A stretch of 64,000 nt of DNA from assembly GCA_965644315.1 (NCBI GenBank), contig CBFFRQ010000095.1, positions 124,001 through 188,000 of the forward strand. Reading direction: 5' to 3'. Source of the stretch: Caecitellus pseudoparvulus (lineage: Eukaryota; Protista; Bigyra: Bicosoecida). Both the position numbers and the translations under genes were made by a program. The notes under the pieces were generated by a model, which saw nothing but the letters and a program-made list of their open reading frames with translations, did not search any database and was not told the origin of the DNA. This document shows positions 44,163 to 54,263 of this stretch, piece by piece. Positions within the stretch are counted from its first letter, which is position 1. Each line of letters begins with the position of its first letter.

Positions 44163-44988
44163 ATGGCGTCCCTGATCACCAACGCCATCGGCAAGTGGCA
44201 CCGCCACCACCAGTCCAAGCGCTTGATGCAGTTCGGTACGTATGGCTGTGCCGCCAGCACTTCCAGGGCCCCTTCCCACTCCGCTCACGCACACCACCGC
44301 ACTCGAGCCTCGTTCCTGCTGCCTGCAGGCCTCATGTGGCACGACGTCGTGGCTGATGGCCCCATCCTGGACAAGGCCGTGGCCCGTCTGCCCAAGGAGA
44401 TGCAGGAGCGCCGGGAGCGCCGCATTCGCCGGTGCGTGGCGCCGCCTGATGCCTCGTGCAGCATCAGCGAAGTGTGCAGGCTCAGCGGCCCGCCCAGCGC
44501 CGCACTGGCCACACGCCTGCCCCCGCGCCCTGCCCAGGGCCTTTGATCTGTCCCTCAAGCACAAGTACCTGCCTGAGGATAAGTGGGTGCGTGATGGCAC
44601 AGCACCAGCATGGGCAGCATCGTCCGCGCCCCCTCCAAGCAGCACCACGCACTGCCTGCCTTCTCCTCGCTGCTGCTCTGCAGGTTGACCCCTACGCCGA
44701 GTTTGACATGATGGACAAGCTCATGAAGCAGGTGCAGATTGAGGAGGACGAGCGCAAGCACCTGAACGACGAGTACTGGTGCGTGGGTGGCGCATGCGGA
44801 AATACGCCGAGCCCGCAACACCGCGTGCAGGCAGGCAGCAGTGAGCCTTCACGCGTCCCCCACTCCGCTGCAGGAACACATACTTCTCCACCAACAAGTG
44901 GTACTCCTACGACAAGGACCAGGTGTGGTTCTGGAAGCCCGAGGAGCTGGCTGGAGCCAGCCAGCCCACGCCCAAGTCCCTGCGGTGA
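44163..44988 (+). CDS. QCR7: Cytochrome b-c1 complex subunit 7; exons 44163-44235, 44329-44431, 44538-44586, 44684-44778, 44874-44988
   Basis: Spliced product: ...LMQFGLMWHDV...AVARLPKEMQERRERRIRRAFDLSLKHKYLPEDKWVDPY...EEDERKHL, the QCR7/UQCRB pattern. Confidence 0.88.
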
Positions 44989-45044
44989 TTCGGCGGTATG
45001 AAATGCACCACCACCGCGCCCGCAACCAAGGGTACATTGCACCT

Positions 45045-46356
45045 TCACATGTCAGGCAGGGCAGCCACTGCAGCCTGTTCCGCTGCCAGTCCCCGGCGGG
45101 TGACGGTCTTCACCGCCTCTGCAGCCCGCACGCGCTTGTCCAACGCCGCCACCTGCTGCCGCAACGCAGCGAGCTCGGCGTCACGCGGGTCAGCCGTCCT
45201 CCTGGCCCTGGCAGCAGACGGCGACGGGCGTGCGCCAATGTTGGCCAGGGATGCCGAACCTGAGCGGGAGGTGGCTGACGCGCCAGGCGGGCGGTAGGCG
45301 CGGCCTTCCAGCGGCGTGTAGGAAGGCGCGTTGGGGTTGGTGTGGCGTTTCGAAGTAAGGCCGCGCTGGCGGCTGCCCGCCGTGGTGCCGGGAATGTCCC
45401 CCACAAAGTTCGTGTTGCGGAAGTGCCGCCGCTTGTCGGGGGCCACGCCGCCCATCTTGTGCTTGGGCTTCCAGCCTGGCACGGCGCCTTCAATGTCGTG
45501 CGTGGTGAGGGCGTAGAACGGCGTGTTGGTGGCGTGGTGCTTGCTGCGCGGCTTGGACAGCGGGTCGTCCTCCACCCGCATGCCGTGGATGGTGTGCTTG
45601 GGCGCCTGCGGGTCGCTCACGCGCTTGCTGTGCCGCTTGCCGTCCGAGAGGATGTCTGTCACGTCCAGGCTGCGCGTGAAGTTGCGCTCGCGAGGGGCTT
45701 GCACCGTCGCGCCAGCGATGTCCTGCACTGACAGGGGGTCCCTCACAGGGCCCTTCACGTGCCTCATGGGCTTCGCGCCTTCGATGTCGTCCACCTTCAT
45801 GCTGTCCCGCAGGAATCGAGGGGGCGTCTGTGGCGGCGGGAGGGCGTTTCGTGAGGAAACCCCTGCTGTCTGCGGAGCAACGCACACCGTGCCGCCCACA
45901 GCGAGCACTCACCGTGGCCCGTGCAGCAGGGGCATCCCACTCATATGAGGGGTTCAGTGGGTCCACGTGCCGGCGCGACTGGAAGTTGCGTTTCCTGGCA
46001 TGAGCGCCTGTGTGCCGGGCGGGGTGGCGAGCAATTTCCGCACGTTGCACGACCCTGGCCCACGGCGCCCACCACGCACCATCGATGTCATCCGTGGTCA
46101 GGGACAGGTCGGGCTTGTTGCCCAGTGTGCGGTGCTGCAGGGCAGGCGCTGCCCCCTCGATGTCTCGAGTGCTCAAGGCCAAGTCCACTGCGCCCGAGCG
46201 ACGAGGCTTGTGCCGCGCCGCAGCAGTGGCGCCCAGGATGTCCCCCACGTGCAGGTTGTCCCGGGGAGCGGCAGCGGTCCGCCGCCCCGCTGCACGTTGC
46301 AGGGTGCTGCCGCCCGCGGAGGCTATGGACATGGTGGTCCACATGTCGTCAGCCAT
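45045..46356 (-). CDS. Protein of repeated L-x-[TV]-x-D-I-x-G-A motifs with RxxxPxxPxY linkers; probable ciliary/microtubule-associated protein; two introns
   Basis: LHVGDILGA, LSTRDIEGAAP, LTTDDIDGA, MKVDDIEGAKP, LSVQDIAGA, LTTHDIEGAVP, FVGDIPGT; RHVDPLNPSY, RHTNPNAPSY. GT-AG introns at about 46078-46008 and 45912-45828. Confidence 0.75.
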
Positions 46357-46701
46357 GGCGTCGAGGAGGCTGCGGCACGGACTGCGCCGGGAGAGCCCAA
46401 TGCAGACGGGAAACGTCAATCAACACTGGTTAAATCATTCAAAGTGGCAATCAATCAAGCTGCAAGCAACCACAAAAGGTGCGGGTGGCGAGATGTGGGC
46501 TCGCTGCGGCAGCACATGTGGGTGAGTCCCCAAAACGAATCTTTGCATCATTCGCGGACGTCGAAACTTGCCCCCCCGACACACGATCACCCACCCGGCG
46601 CCCAGTACTTTCCCGAGCCATCTGTACACTGCACTACTTTCAGCGCTGACTAGCCAGCGCACGTTGTTGTGGTGTTGTTTTCACATCCCCACGCGTCAAC
46701 G

Positions 46702-47637
46702 ATGCCCAAGAACTCCCAGCACCGCGGGTGTAAGTGAAGTGCCCCACATTGGCCCGTCTGTGCATGCGGCTTGCATGCGGCAGTCCAGCCGCACAGCGGG
46801 ATTGTTTGGTATTCAGACAATGTCCTGTGTCCAGCTGGGCGCGTGGCGCTGCGTGGGATGGCAGGAACTGCGCTGCAGTGCGGAATTGGGGTGGCAACCC
46901 AGCCATCCTGGCGCTGTGCCGCTCCCGCTGCTGGACTGCCGCCCCGCTGCCTGCCCATGCTGCCATTGTGACACCTGCCACCCCGTGTCCTGGGCAGCGC
47001 CTGCTTGCATCCCTCGCACGTGTTTCGGCGCCATGCTCCTGCCCTGCCTGTTCGTGCCTTGCGCTACTGGCGTGGCTGCACTCGGACTGCCCCCTCCCCT
47101 CTCACAGATGGCAAGGTGTTCGCCACCCCCCGTCGCCCCTACGAGAAGGAGCGCCTGGACCAGGAGATGAAGTACCTCGGCGAGTACGGCCTGCGCTGCA
47201 AGCGCGAGATCTGGCGCGTCCAGCTGGCCCTGGCCAAGATCCGCAAGGCCGCTCGCCGTCTCTTGACCCTGGATGAGGCCGACCCCATCCGCGTCTTCGA
47301 GGGTGATGCTCTGCTGCGCCGCCTGGCTCGCTACGGCCTGCTGGAGGAGGGCAAGCTGACCCTGGACGACGTCCTGTCCATGACCACTCAGATGCTGCTG
47401 TCTCGCCGCCTGCAGACTGTCGTGCTGAAGCTGCGCAAGGCCAAGACCATGCACCACGCACGCACCCTCATCCGCCAGCGCCACATCCAGGTCGGCAAGC
47501 AGCTGGTCAACGTGCCCTCCTTCCTGGTCCGCCTGGACTCCGAGCAGCACATCGACTTCGCCCGCCACTCCCCCTTCAACGCTGCCACCGGCACCCCCGG
47601 CCGCGTCGCCCGCAAGCGCCACGGATCCGCTGAGTAA
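46702..47637 (+). CDS. RPS9: 40S ribosomal protein S9 (uS4); exons 46702-46729 and 47108-47637
   Basis: Spliced [47 protein letters not shown]...RRLQT...[36 protein letters not shown], with strong codon bias. Confidence 0.98.
46777..46942 (+). ncRNA. Structured RNA element inside the RPS9 intron (46730-47107)
   Basis: Perfect 13-bp inverted repeat gcggcagtccagc (46777-46789) / gctggactgccgc (46930-46942) enclosing further stems: attgtttg/cagacaat (46801-46821) and ggatggc/gccatcc (46856-46862 / 46902-46908). Confidence 0.55.
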
Positions 47638-47716
47638 GCTCTTCAGACACATGCGTCAGTACAGACGCGCTCTCCCTGCCAGGTTGGAGGCACGCAATGC
47701 ATTCTGTCTGGCACGC

Positions 47717-48967
47717 TTAGAACTCACGCCCGCTGCTGTACACGGCAGCGCCTCGTCCTTCGTACGCCAGGACACCCCCCACGCCCTCGCCACGCCCAGC
47801 CTGCACTGCAGCAGCCACAAAGTCCCCGTGCCCGCCACTGTCCGGCACTTGGGACCAGCTCACCATGTCCCCTGCGTGGAACAGCGCCGAGGGGGGCGCC
47901 GTGGGGTGCACCAGGCGACTGCTGCGCCCACTGCTCCCACTCGCCGGCGGCACCGCCCTCGCCCGCGGCGGTGGCAGCGCGCGCACTGTGCTTGCCGCTG
48001 CCCGTGCACCTGCTCTGCTGTTGGTGCCAGGCGCCGTGCGCTTGGTGCGGCTGCGGCTGCTGCTGCTGCTGCTGGGCCGGCGTGAGCGCGCCTTGCCTCG
48101 CCCACGCCCACGGCGCTTGGAGGCTGCCTTGGGCTTGGCCGCTGCCTTATCGTCTGCAGCTTGGCGCTGGGCGATCATGCCTCGCAGGCGCACCTTGGAG
48201 ACCCCCCCGTCTGGACCCCCCCCCTCACCCCCCCCAGCTCCACGCGGGGCGCACTGCCCGAAGTAGTCAACATACGTCCACGCCCCACTGTGCAACTGCC
48301 TCTGCCCCGCCTCCGGCGGCTGACTCAGCAGGCGCAAGTGCTTGACCGGGATGAAGTGCGGCAAGTGAGGTAGAGGCGTGAAGGGTGCCGGTGAGGGGGG
48401 CCTTGGCGGAGGCGATGCCACCACAGTCTCCAGGCGGCCTCCTCGAGTCTGCCCCGTGGCTCGTACTGGAGCGGGTAGTGGCGCGTCCTCCACGCAGAAA
48501 ATCTCCACGCTGCTGTCAGAATCGCTGGCCGACGCGGTGGCCAACTGCAGCTGCCCCCTACCGCTCCCCTGCTGCACTCCGCCACTCCGGCCGCCCGCTG
48601 CGACTGCGGCGCTGTGCGTCCCTGCCCTATACTCCGCATCGCTGTCCGTCTCCGCGTCGAACACGTCCCCACTGCCCTGGCTGCCTTCCGAAGCGCCAGA
48701 GCAAGCGCTGCCGCAGCGCCCAGCGCCAACACCCGGCACGACGACGTCCGAATCGCCATCTTCACTCTGCGTTGACCCCATTCTATCGGCTACATTGCAA
48801 CCCGCGTCTCGAAAGAGGTCTTGGATGCTGTCAGAGTCGCTGGCGGTCTCGTCGCCCGCCCCAGCAACTGCGCTGGCCTCTGCGGAAATTGCCAAGCCCA
48901 CCGTCCCACAGAACTCGCAGGGCTTGCCTACGCCAGGAGGAGGAGCACCACACGCTTGGCAGTCCAT
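47717..48967 (-). CDS. Hypothetical protein with N-terminal CxxC-x9-CxxC zinc ribbon, acidic and basic low-complexity tracts
   Basis: MDCQACGAPPPGVGKPCEFCG; a short globular block LPHFIPVKHL...YVDYFGQ; a poly-Ser/Arg tract; intronless 416-aa ORF. Confidence 0.7.
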   Translation of the reverse strand: MDCQACGAPPPGVGKPCEFCGTVGLAISAEASAVAGAGDETASDSDSIQDLFRDAGCNVADRMGSTQSEDGDSDVVVPGVGAGRCGSACSGASEGSQGSGDVFDAETDSDAEYRAGTHSAAVAAGGRSGGVQQGSGRGQLQLATASASDSDSSVEIFCVEDAPLPAPVRATGQTRGGRLETVVASPPPRPPSPAPFTPLPHLPHFIPVKHLRLLSQPPEAGQRQLHSGAWTYVDYFGQCAPRGAGGGEGGGPDGGVSKVRLRGMIAQRQAADDKAAAKPKAASKRRGRGRGKARSRRPSSSSSSRSRTKRTAPGTNSRAGARAAASTVRALPPPRARAVPPASGSSGRSSRLVHPTAPPSALFHAGDMVSWSQVPDSGGHGDFVAAAVQAGRGEGVGGVLAYEGRGAAVYSSGREF

Positions 48968-49389
48968 GCAGCACCAGCGCTAACGCATTAAGCTTGTAGC
49001 CGCCGATTCCCCCGGAAGAGGCTGAGGCTGCAGCTGTGGCCTGCCCAGTCTTCAAACGCAAAGCGCACCACTTGCTCGAGTTCCTCCCAGCACTCGCAGC
49101 GACACAGGCGAGCATGTGTCGCTCGGAGAAGCCTTGGTGGGCTTGCAAATTCCTAAATTCCGGGTCCGCCTGCTGCAGGGAGGGAGATTTTGGAAAAGCA
49201 ATCTGTCCTGTGGAAAGAAACGAGAAATCAAGATCAGCTGGTGTGGTTAGGAGTAGCCAACTATTCTCAATCCGAAAGCACTAAACATTGTTTAATCCAT
49301 GCCCAGGTAACACATGCCTAAATATATGAATTCCCATGTTGCTTCGGCCTCGTAGCCGGCGAAATTACAGTTAAAACACCATGTGGCTG

Positions 49390-52300
49390 TCACCACTGCC
49401 GCGTCGTGAGGTGCACTGAGTGATCATGCCCGACAGCGCAGTCCCCGCCTGTCCGCCCGTCACAAGCCAGAATCTGGAAGACTGGCGGTGCACCAGGTTG
49501 TGCTGGCAGCATGTGGATGATCAGGTCATGTGCATGCATGTTGTCTGTGCTGGTGGTGGCGGTGAGGTTTGCCCCTCCTCGAAGGGCGTCCAGGCTGCCC
49601 TTGCCCAAGTACAGCGCATGGCGGTGCTGGCCGGTGGCGATGGAGGAGCCAGTCTCCAGCACCAGGCTCTCGAAGGCGCCTACCTCGCCTGGAAGACCAG
49701 CGTTCACTGCGAAACTGCCCTCTTCCCCCGCGCTGCTCACCATTTGCAGCGCCTTGAGCTCTTGCCACAGGCTTCGCGGTGTCACGTGCAGGGGCGGAAT
49801 GGGCCAGCGCAGGCGCAGGCGAGGGCCAGCATACGGCTTCACAGCCGGTACGCCGGTAATGCTGGGCAGGAATATCCACATGCCTGCCGCAGCCATGTGG
49901 AAGATGTGGCTGGCATTGCCAGCTGGGTCAATGACGCCAACTGCTGCAGTGGACGTGTCGGCGGCATCAGCACCAGCTCCCACCCCTGCGAAGAACTCCA
50001 CCGGAGTCCTGTACCAGTACCGCCGTGACACGCCTGCAAAGGCCTTGGCGGGGTCCGTAGCACTGCCTTCCCGTCCATCGCGTGTCGGCTCCCCAGCTTC
50101 GTCGTCAGGCCACTCCGTAATGTTGTGCGGGTTCCACGTGTTCAGCGGAGTCAAGAACAGGATCTCCAGCGGCACGGCATATGTGAGGCGCTGTGGGTTC
50201 CCCTGTGCATCGGGCAGCGGTGCCACTTCCTCCTGGGTCGTGGAGGCAACCCACAGTGACTCGTCATTCCACCCGCGGCGGCGGTGGTTCTGCCCCATGG
50301 CCCCTGGAGCACCAACTCGAAATGCCCTGTTGTAGAACCGCCCATTCAGAGGCGCAGACTTGTTCAGGCTGGAGTACGCATGCTCTGCCCCCCGCACCGG
50401 ATCATGGAACTCACACGGCAGTGGGGGCTCTCCGTCACGGTAGTTGTCCGCCCCAGGCACTTGCTCCATGAGTGAGTCCAGGAAGTCATACGTCCGCCGG
50501 GCATAGTCCCACGATTCTGCTCGAGACGCACTGCTGCCGGTGTACCCATTCAACATGAAGCGTGCAGCTCTGGAGCCGGCGGCAAGGCCGGGTCTTGTCT
50601 GGGGGTACTGGTACATGAGCTGCGTGCCGAGGTCGGGGGCGAGGCGAAAGCGCGCCAGCGGCACGTCGCCGCGCAACGGCGCACACAGAATGCGGTACGA
50701 CCACCGCGCCATTTGCGGCTGCACGCCGTCTCGCAGCGACCACACACGCGAGGGCAACCACGGAATGTTCTCCCCAGCATTCTTCCACCCTGTCGCCATG
50801 TGCAGCCGCGCCTTGTCGTACAGCTCTGCCCAGCTGGAAGCCTCCACCGCGTGGCGGTCTGAGCTGAACGGCTCGTTGAACGCGTCATCCACCAACCACG
50901 CGCCTTCAAGGTAACACAGGGCAGGCCTGAAGTACTCCTTGTAGGGGCGGATGCTCTCATCTTGCTCAGCCCACGCCCGAAAGTACTCACGCATTTCGGC
51001 GATTTGGGCTGACACGTTGGGCGCCGCTGCCACGGACGGCGGAACAGGGGGGCGCGGTAGCGGCTCTGTTGCATGCCAAGCGCTGCTACTGCGGCTCGGC
51101 ATGCGCAGGGAGTAGTCGTTGTGCCGAGTCCAGAACTCCACACCATTTAGCACGCCATGTAGCTCTCCCATGCCGACGGTGTCCCGGAAATCGCTGTGGT
51201 CGTGGATGGACATGATGCTGGGCGTCCACGCGCCTGCAGCCCACGTCCCTGCCATGTACTCCTCGCTGCCACTCATCCACGACCGACTTGTGGCCAGGCC
51301 AGAACTTGCATGGGAGCGCCTGGTCTGCTCCAGCTGCTCAGCCTTCAGCACGGCGTCGCGGCCAAGTGCAGCCACCATGTACTCCAGGCTCTGCATCTGC
51401 TTCGTCGCATTGCCCAGCAGAGGTGAGTTCAGCTCTGCAGATGCCACCACACCCTTCAGCCCAGCAACTTCCTCTGTAGCGTTCTTGCTGCTGCCTTCCA
51501 GCGAAGCGAGAGCACTGGACAGGTTTGTGAGGCTGGCTGTGGCGGCAGCCAACGCTGTTTGCAGCTGCTCAATGACTTGCTGCTGCTGTGCCTGGGCAGC
51601 CAGTGCAGCCTCGAATCGAGCAGTCAGCTCAGCATGAGCGTTTGATACGTTGGCAAGGCGTTGCATGGTCTCCGCCTGTACCGCAGCACAGTCAGCGGCT
51701 TGGGCGTCCGCGTCCATGCGGGCGGCCGACAAGTTCCCCTGCACCTGCCACACTTGCTCCTGCAGCGCAGTCACATTCCCAGTCAAAACGTCCACTCGCC
51801 TTGCGTCCAAGGATGTTACACGGACCAAGTCAGTGATGGTTTGGTGCTGCTCCTGCACTGTGCGCTGCAGCTGTATGAGGCTGGCGTTGTGGTCCGCTGA
51901 GTGGCTCGCGAGGCTGGACCGCAGCAGCTCCTGCTCTGCAGTCGCATGGTGCAGCACTGAGGCGGTGAAGTTCTGCTGACGCTCGATCATGCCCTGCATG
52001 TGCACAAACGTCGCATTGGTCGCTCCTTCGGACCGTGCCAGGGCCTTCCTCTGTGCGATGTCGAGGGCTGCCGTCTCTGCCGCAGCTTCGGCACGAACGC
52101 TGCGCACTTCCGCCTGCAGGCTGGCATTCAGCTGCCCCACGACGGTGTCCAAGCGGCTGGAAATGTCCTGCATGTTAATGGCCTGGGAGGGTGCTGCACC
52201 CATGGCGGCTGTGCTTGGGATGCCGGCTGCCTTCCCTGCGTTGCTCGTGGCTTGGGCGCTTCCGCTGTCGCCCTGAGCGCCACCCTCCGCGCCAGCCGTG

Positions 52301-52575
52301 GCGGATGGGGAGGCATGTGTTCCTCCCCACAACACAGCAACTGTGGCGATGATTGCGACAACGGCGACCCCCCCAGCTGCCTTGTACCATGTGAACGTGC
52401 AGGCAGGCTCCTTCCTGCCTTGCCTTGGGGCACTCGCAAAGTCCACAACTGTCCCGGCATGCTGCGCCGCAGAACCCCGCCCGAATGCACCTTCACCACC
52501 GGCATGCAGTGGATTGACTTGCCCGTGGTGGGTGCGCTGGTGCCTCCCGGTGGTGCCGGGCACGTGGCTTGCCAT
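49390..52575 (-). CDS. Type II membrane protein: TM helix, glycosylated coiled-coil stalk, large His/aromatic-rich extracellular domain; intronless
   Basis: TM GGVAVVAIIATVAVLWGG; stalk with many N-x-S/T sequons; globular region with SIHDHSDFRDTVGMGELHGVLNGVEFWTRHNDY, LDSLMEQVPGADNY and YAVPLEILFLTPLNTWNP; C-terminal HRH...HAH...CDG...C..GHDH. Confidence 0.85.
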   Translation of the reverse strand: MASHVPGTTGRHQRTHHGQVNPLHAGGEGAFGRGSAAQHAGTVVDFASAPRQGRKEPACTFTWYKAAGGVAVVAIIATVAVLWGGTHASPSATAGAEGGAQGDSGSAQATSNAGKAAGIPSTAAMGAAPSQAINMQDISSRLDTVVGQLNASLQAEVRSVRAEAAAETAALDIAQRKALARSEGATNATFVHMQGMIERQQNFTASVLHHATAEQELLRSSLASHSADHNASLIQLQRTVQEQHQTITDLVRVTSLDARRVDVLTGNVTALQEQVWQVQGNLSAARMDADAQAADCAAVQAETMQRLANVSNAHAELTARFEAALAAQAQQQQVIEQLQTALAAATASLTNLSSALASLEGSSKNATEEVAGLKGVVASAELNSPLLGNATKQMQSLEYMVAALGRDAVLKAEQLEQTRRSHASSGLATSRSWMSGSEEYMAGTWAAGAWTPSIMSIHDHSDFRDTVGMGELHGVLNGVEFWTRHNDYSLRMPSRSSSAWHATEPLPRPPVPPSVAAAPNVSAQIAEMREYFRAWAEQDESIRPYKEYFRPALCYLEGAWLVDDAFNEPFSSDRHAVEASSWAELYDKARLHMATGWKNAGENIPWLPSRVWSLRDGVQPQMARWSYRILCAPLRGDVPLARFRLAPDLGTQLMYQYPQTRPGLAAGSRAARFMLNGYTGSSASRAESWDYARRTYDFLDSLMEQVPGADNYRDGEPPLPCEFHDPVRGAEHAYSSLNKSAPLNGRFYNRAFRVGAPGAMGQNHRRRGWNDESLWVASTTQEEVAPLPDAQGNPQRLTYAVPLEILFLTPLNTWNPHNITEWPDDEAGEPTRDGREGSATDPAKAFAGVSRRYWYRTPVEFFAGVGAGADAADTSTAAVGVIDPAGNASHIFHMAAAGMWIFLPSITGVPAVKPYAGPRLRLRWPIPPLHVTPRSLWQELKALQMVSSAGEEGSFAVNAGLPGEVGAFESLVLETGSSIATGQHRHALYLGKGSLDALRGGANLTATTSTDNMHAHDLIIHMLPAQPGAPPVFQILACDGRTGGDCAVGHDHSVHLTTRQW

Positions 52576-52802
52576 GCAACGCAATGGTGCGCTGCGGAAA
52601 TCGGTCTCGCAGCCTGCTCTGAAACCGACGGCCTGCGCGACGACAGGAGAGGGTACCTAACGTTAAGCATGCAGTTGCCAGAACATGGATGCCTCTAAAC
52701 CTTCATGCAGTCTTTCTCGTGCTCCTTGCGGTTTTGAACCCAGCAGTGAGTTGGCCGAGTCACTGGCTACCTCCACCACAACTTCACACTTGCCCGCCCG
52801 CA

Positions 52803-54263
52803 TCACTTGCCTCTCACGGCATACCACCACGCATTCGCAGTGTAGCGCTCGATGTCACCCACCAAGGACATCTTCAGTTTCTTGGCCAGTGATGCAGCTC
52901 GCCGGAACTCAGGACCGGCGCCCGCGCCCACACCGCCCGGCGGCACCATGCTCACCATGGCAGCAAAAGGGTTCTGCTGCAGGGGAGCCAGGCGCTCCAG
53001 CCCCCCCCCCATGCTGTGCCACACAGCTGTCTCACCCAGTCCGTCCGTGTCGTGGTTTGCGCAGGAACACACCGTCACCATGCGCGAGGCCAGGCAGGCG
53101 CGCAGGCTTGGCAGCCAAGACTGCAGCAGCGCTCCGTTCGAGTTTCCAAAGCCGGGGTTCGGGATGAAAAGCAGCGTGTTTCCCCGATGAAGCTTGGCAG
53201 TGCCAATGGACATCCCTGGGGATCCTTCACTTGTCGTCCCCTGCCACAGCGGGCTTTCAAAACACCGCGCAAGAAACACATCCACTGTGCCGCGAACGCA
53301 TCGAAAACGCACAGCTGCACCAGTGCCAGAGCAGTCCTCGTATGGCAGCACATCGTGCCACTGCCCCACACACATGTCCTGCGCCGTGTCCTCTGTTGCC
53401 TGCGCCGCGCTGTCTCGAACGTCGACTTCCGGCCCGACAAGCACGAACGACAGCCTTTTCAGCGACACTGACCGCCCTGCTGCCGCACCTGGCATGGAGC
53501 CAGCGACCCGCACGCTGGGGATGGCGGCCAGGACTTCTCGGAGGTAGGGCGTGCATGCAGCCACGCGCTGCTCAGCCTTGCGTGATGCGCCTGCGATGAC
53601 GACGACCACTTCAGGCTGGGCTGCGGCGGCGAGGGGAACGACAGGGCACCACGACAGGGAGCGAATGGCGTGCAGTAGCGTGAGGGCGAAGGAGAGACCA
53701 TCGAGTGTGGAGGGGTGATATTGCACGCATGTCTCACCCTCCCCTAGGGTCTGTGGCGGCACCGGTGCGGTGCTGGGCACGGCTTGACTTCGTGGACCGC
53801 GTCGTTTGCCAGTTCGCAGGAGGGCCGTGGCAGCCACCTTGGGGAGGCCAGACACCCCAGCCACTGAGGGCGGCAGCTTGCCGTCCTTGCTGAGAGTCCA
53901 CGAAGGTGGGGTGGGAATGGCGCAGAGTGGGCGGCTCAGAAGGTATGCCTTCCACCCGACGACCTTGCCGGTTCGCAAGCCAGCAGCAGTGTCTGGCGGC
54001 AGGGCTGGCAGCCACTGGAAGACATGTGAGTTTGGCCACCGAAACGTGCCAGACATGCTGGCATCTGCAGCGGCATCATCACCGCACTGGCATGCAATGC
54101 AGTATTGGAGCGCCATGGCTTCGGCAGCAGCCTGCGTTTTGGCCGCGTTTCGGACACCGCTGGCGGCAAGCCGAGGTGCGTCCCGGTCAGCAAAGGCAAA
54201 CTCAGACAGTGCAGTGCCTTCCTCGCGCGCATGCAACAACCGAATGAGCTCATCGGCGGCCAT
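52803..54263 (-). CDS. MSS51-like C-terminal domain protein
   Basis: VVVIAGAS, LSFVLVGPEV, LFIPNPGFG, SWLPSL, VTVCSCAN and QNPFA match the motif order of the Mss51/ZMYND C-terminal (methyltransferase-like) domain. Confidence 0.7.
   Translation of the reverse strand: MAADELIRLLHAREEGTALSEFAFADRDAPRLAASGVRNAAKTQAAAEAMALQYCIACQCGDDAAADASMSGTFRWPNSHVFQWLPALPPDTAAGLRTGKVVGWKAYLLSRPLCAIPTPPSWTLSKDGKLPPSVAGVSGLPKVAATALLRTGKRRGPRSQAVPSTAPVPPQTLGEGETCVQYHPSTLDGLSFALTLLHAIRSLSWCPVVPLAAAAQPEVVVVIAGASRKAEQRVAACTPYLREVLAAIPSVRVAGSMPGAAAGRSVSLKRLSFVLVGPEVDVRDSAAQATEDTAQDMCVGQWHDVLPYEDCSGTGAAVRFRCVRGTVDVFLARCFESPLWQGTTSEGSPGMSIGTAKLHRGNTLLFIPNPGFGNSNGALLQSWLPSLRACLASRMVTVCSCANHDTDGLGETAVWHSMGGGLERLAPLQQNPFAAMVSMVPPGGVGAGAGPEFRRAASLAKKLKMSLVGDIERYTANAWWYAVRGK

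Noticed and set aside
46813-47652. 279-aa ORF antisense to RPS9
   Set aside because: Mirror frame of a strongly codon-biased ribosomal protein gene.
48050-48075. (GCT)n microsatellite
   Set aside because: It encodes a poly-Ser tract within the 47717-48967 CDS; unremarkable.
48970-49390. AT-rich intergenic stretch checked for tRNA or snoRNA
   Set aside because: No cloverleaf or convincing C/D or H/ACA box arrangement is visible.
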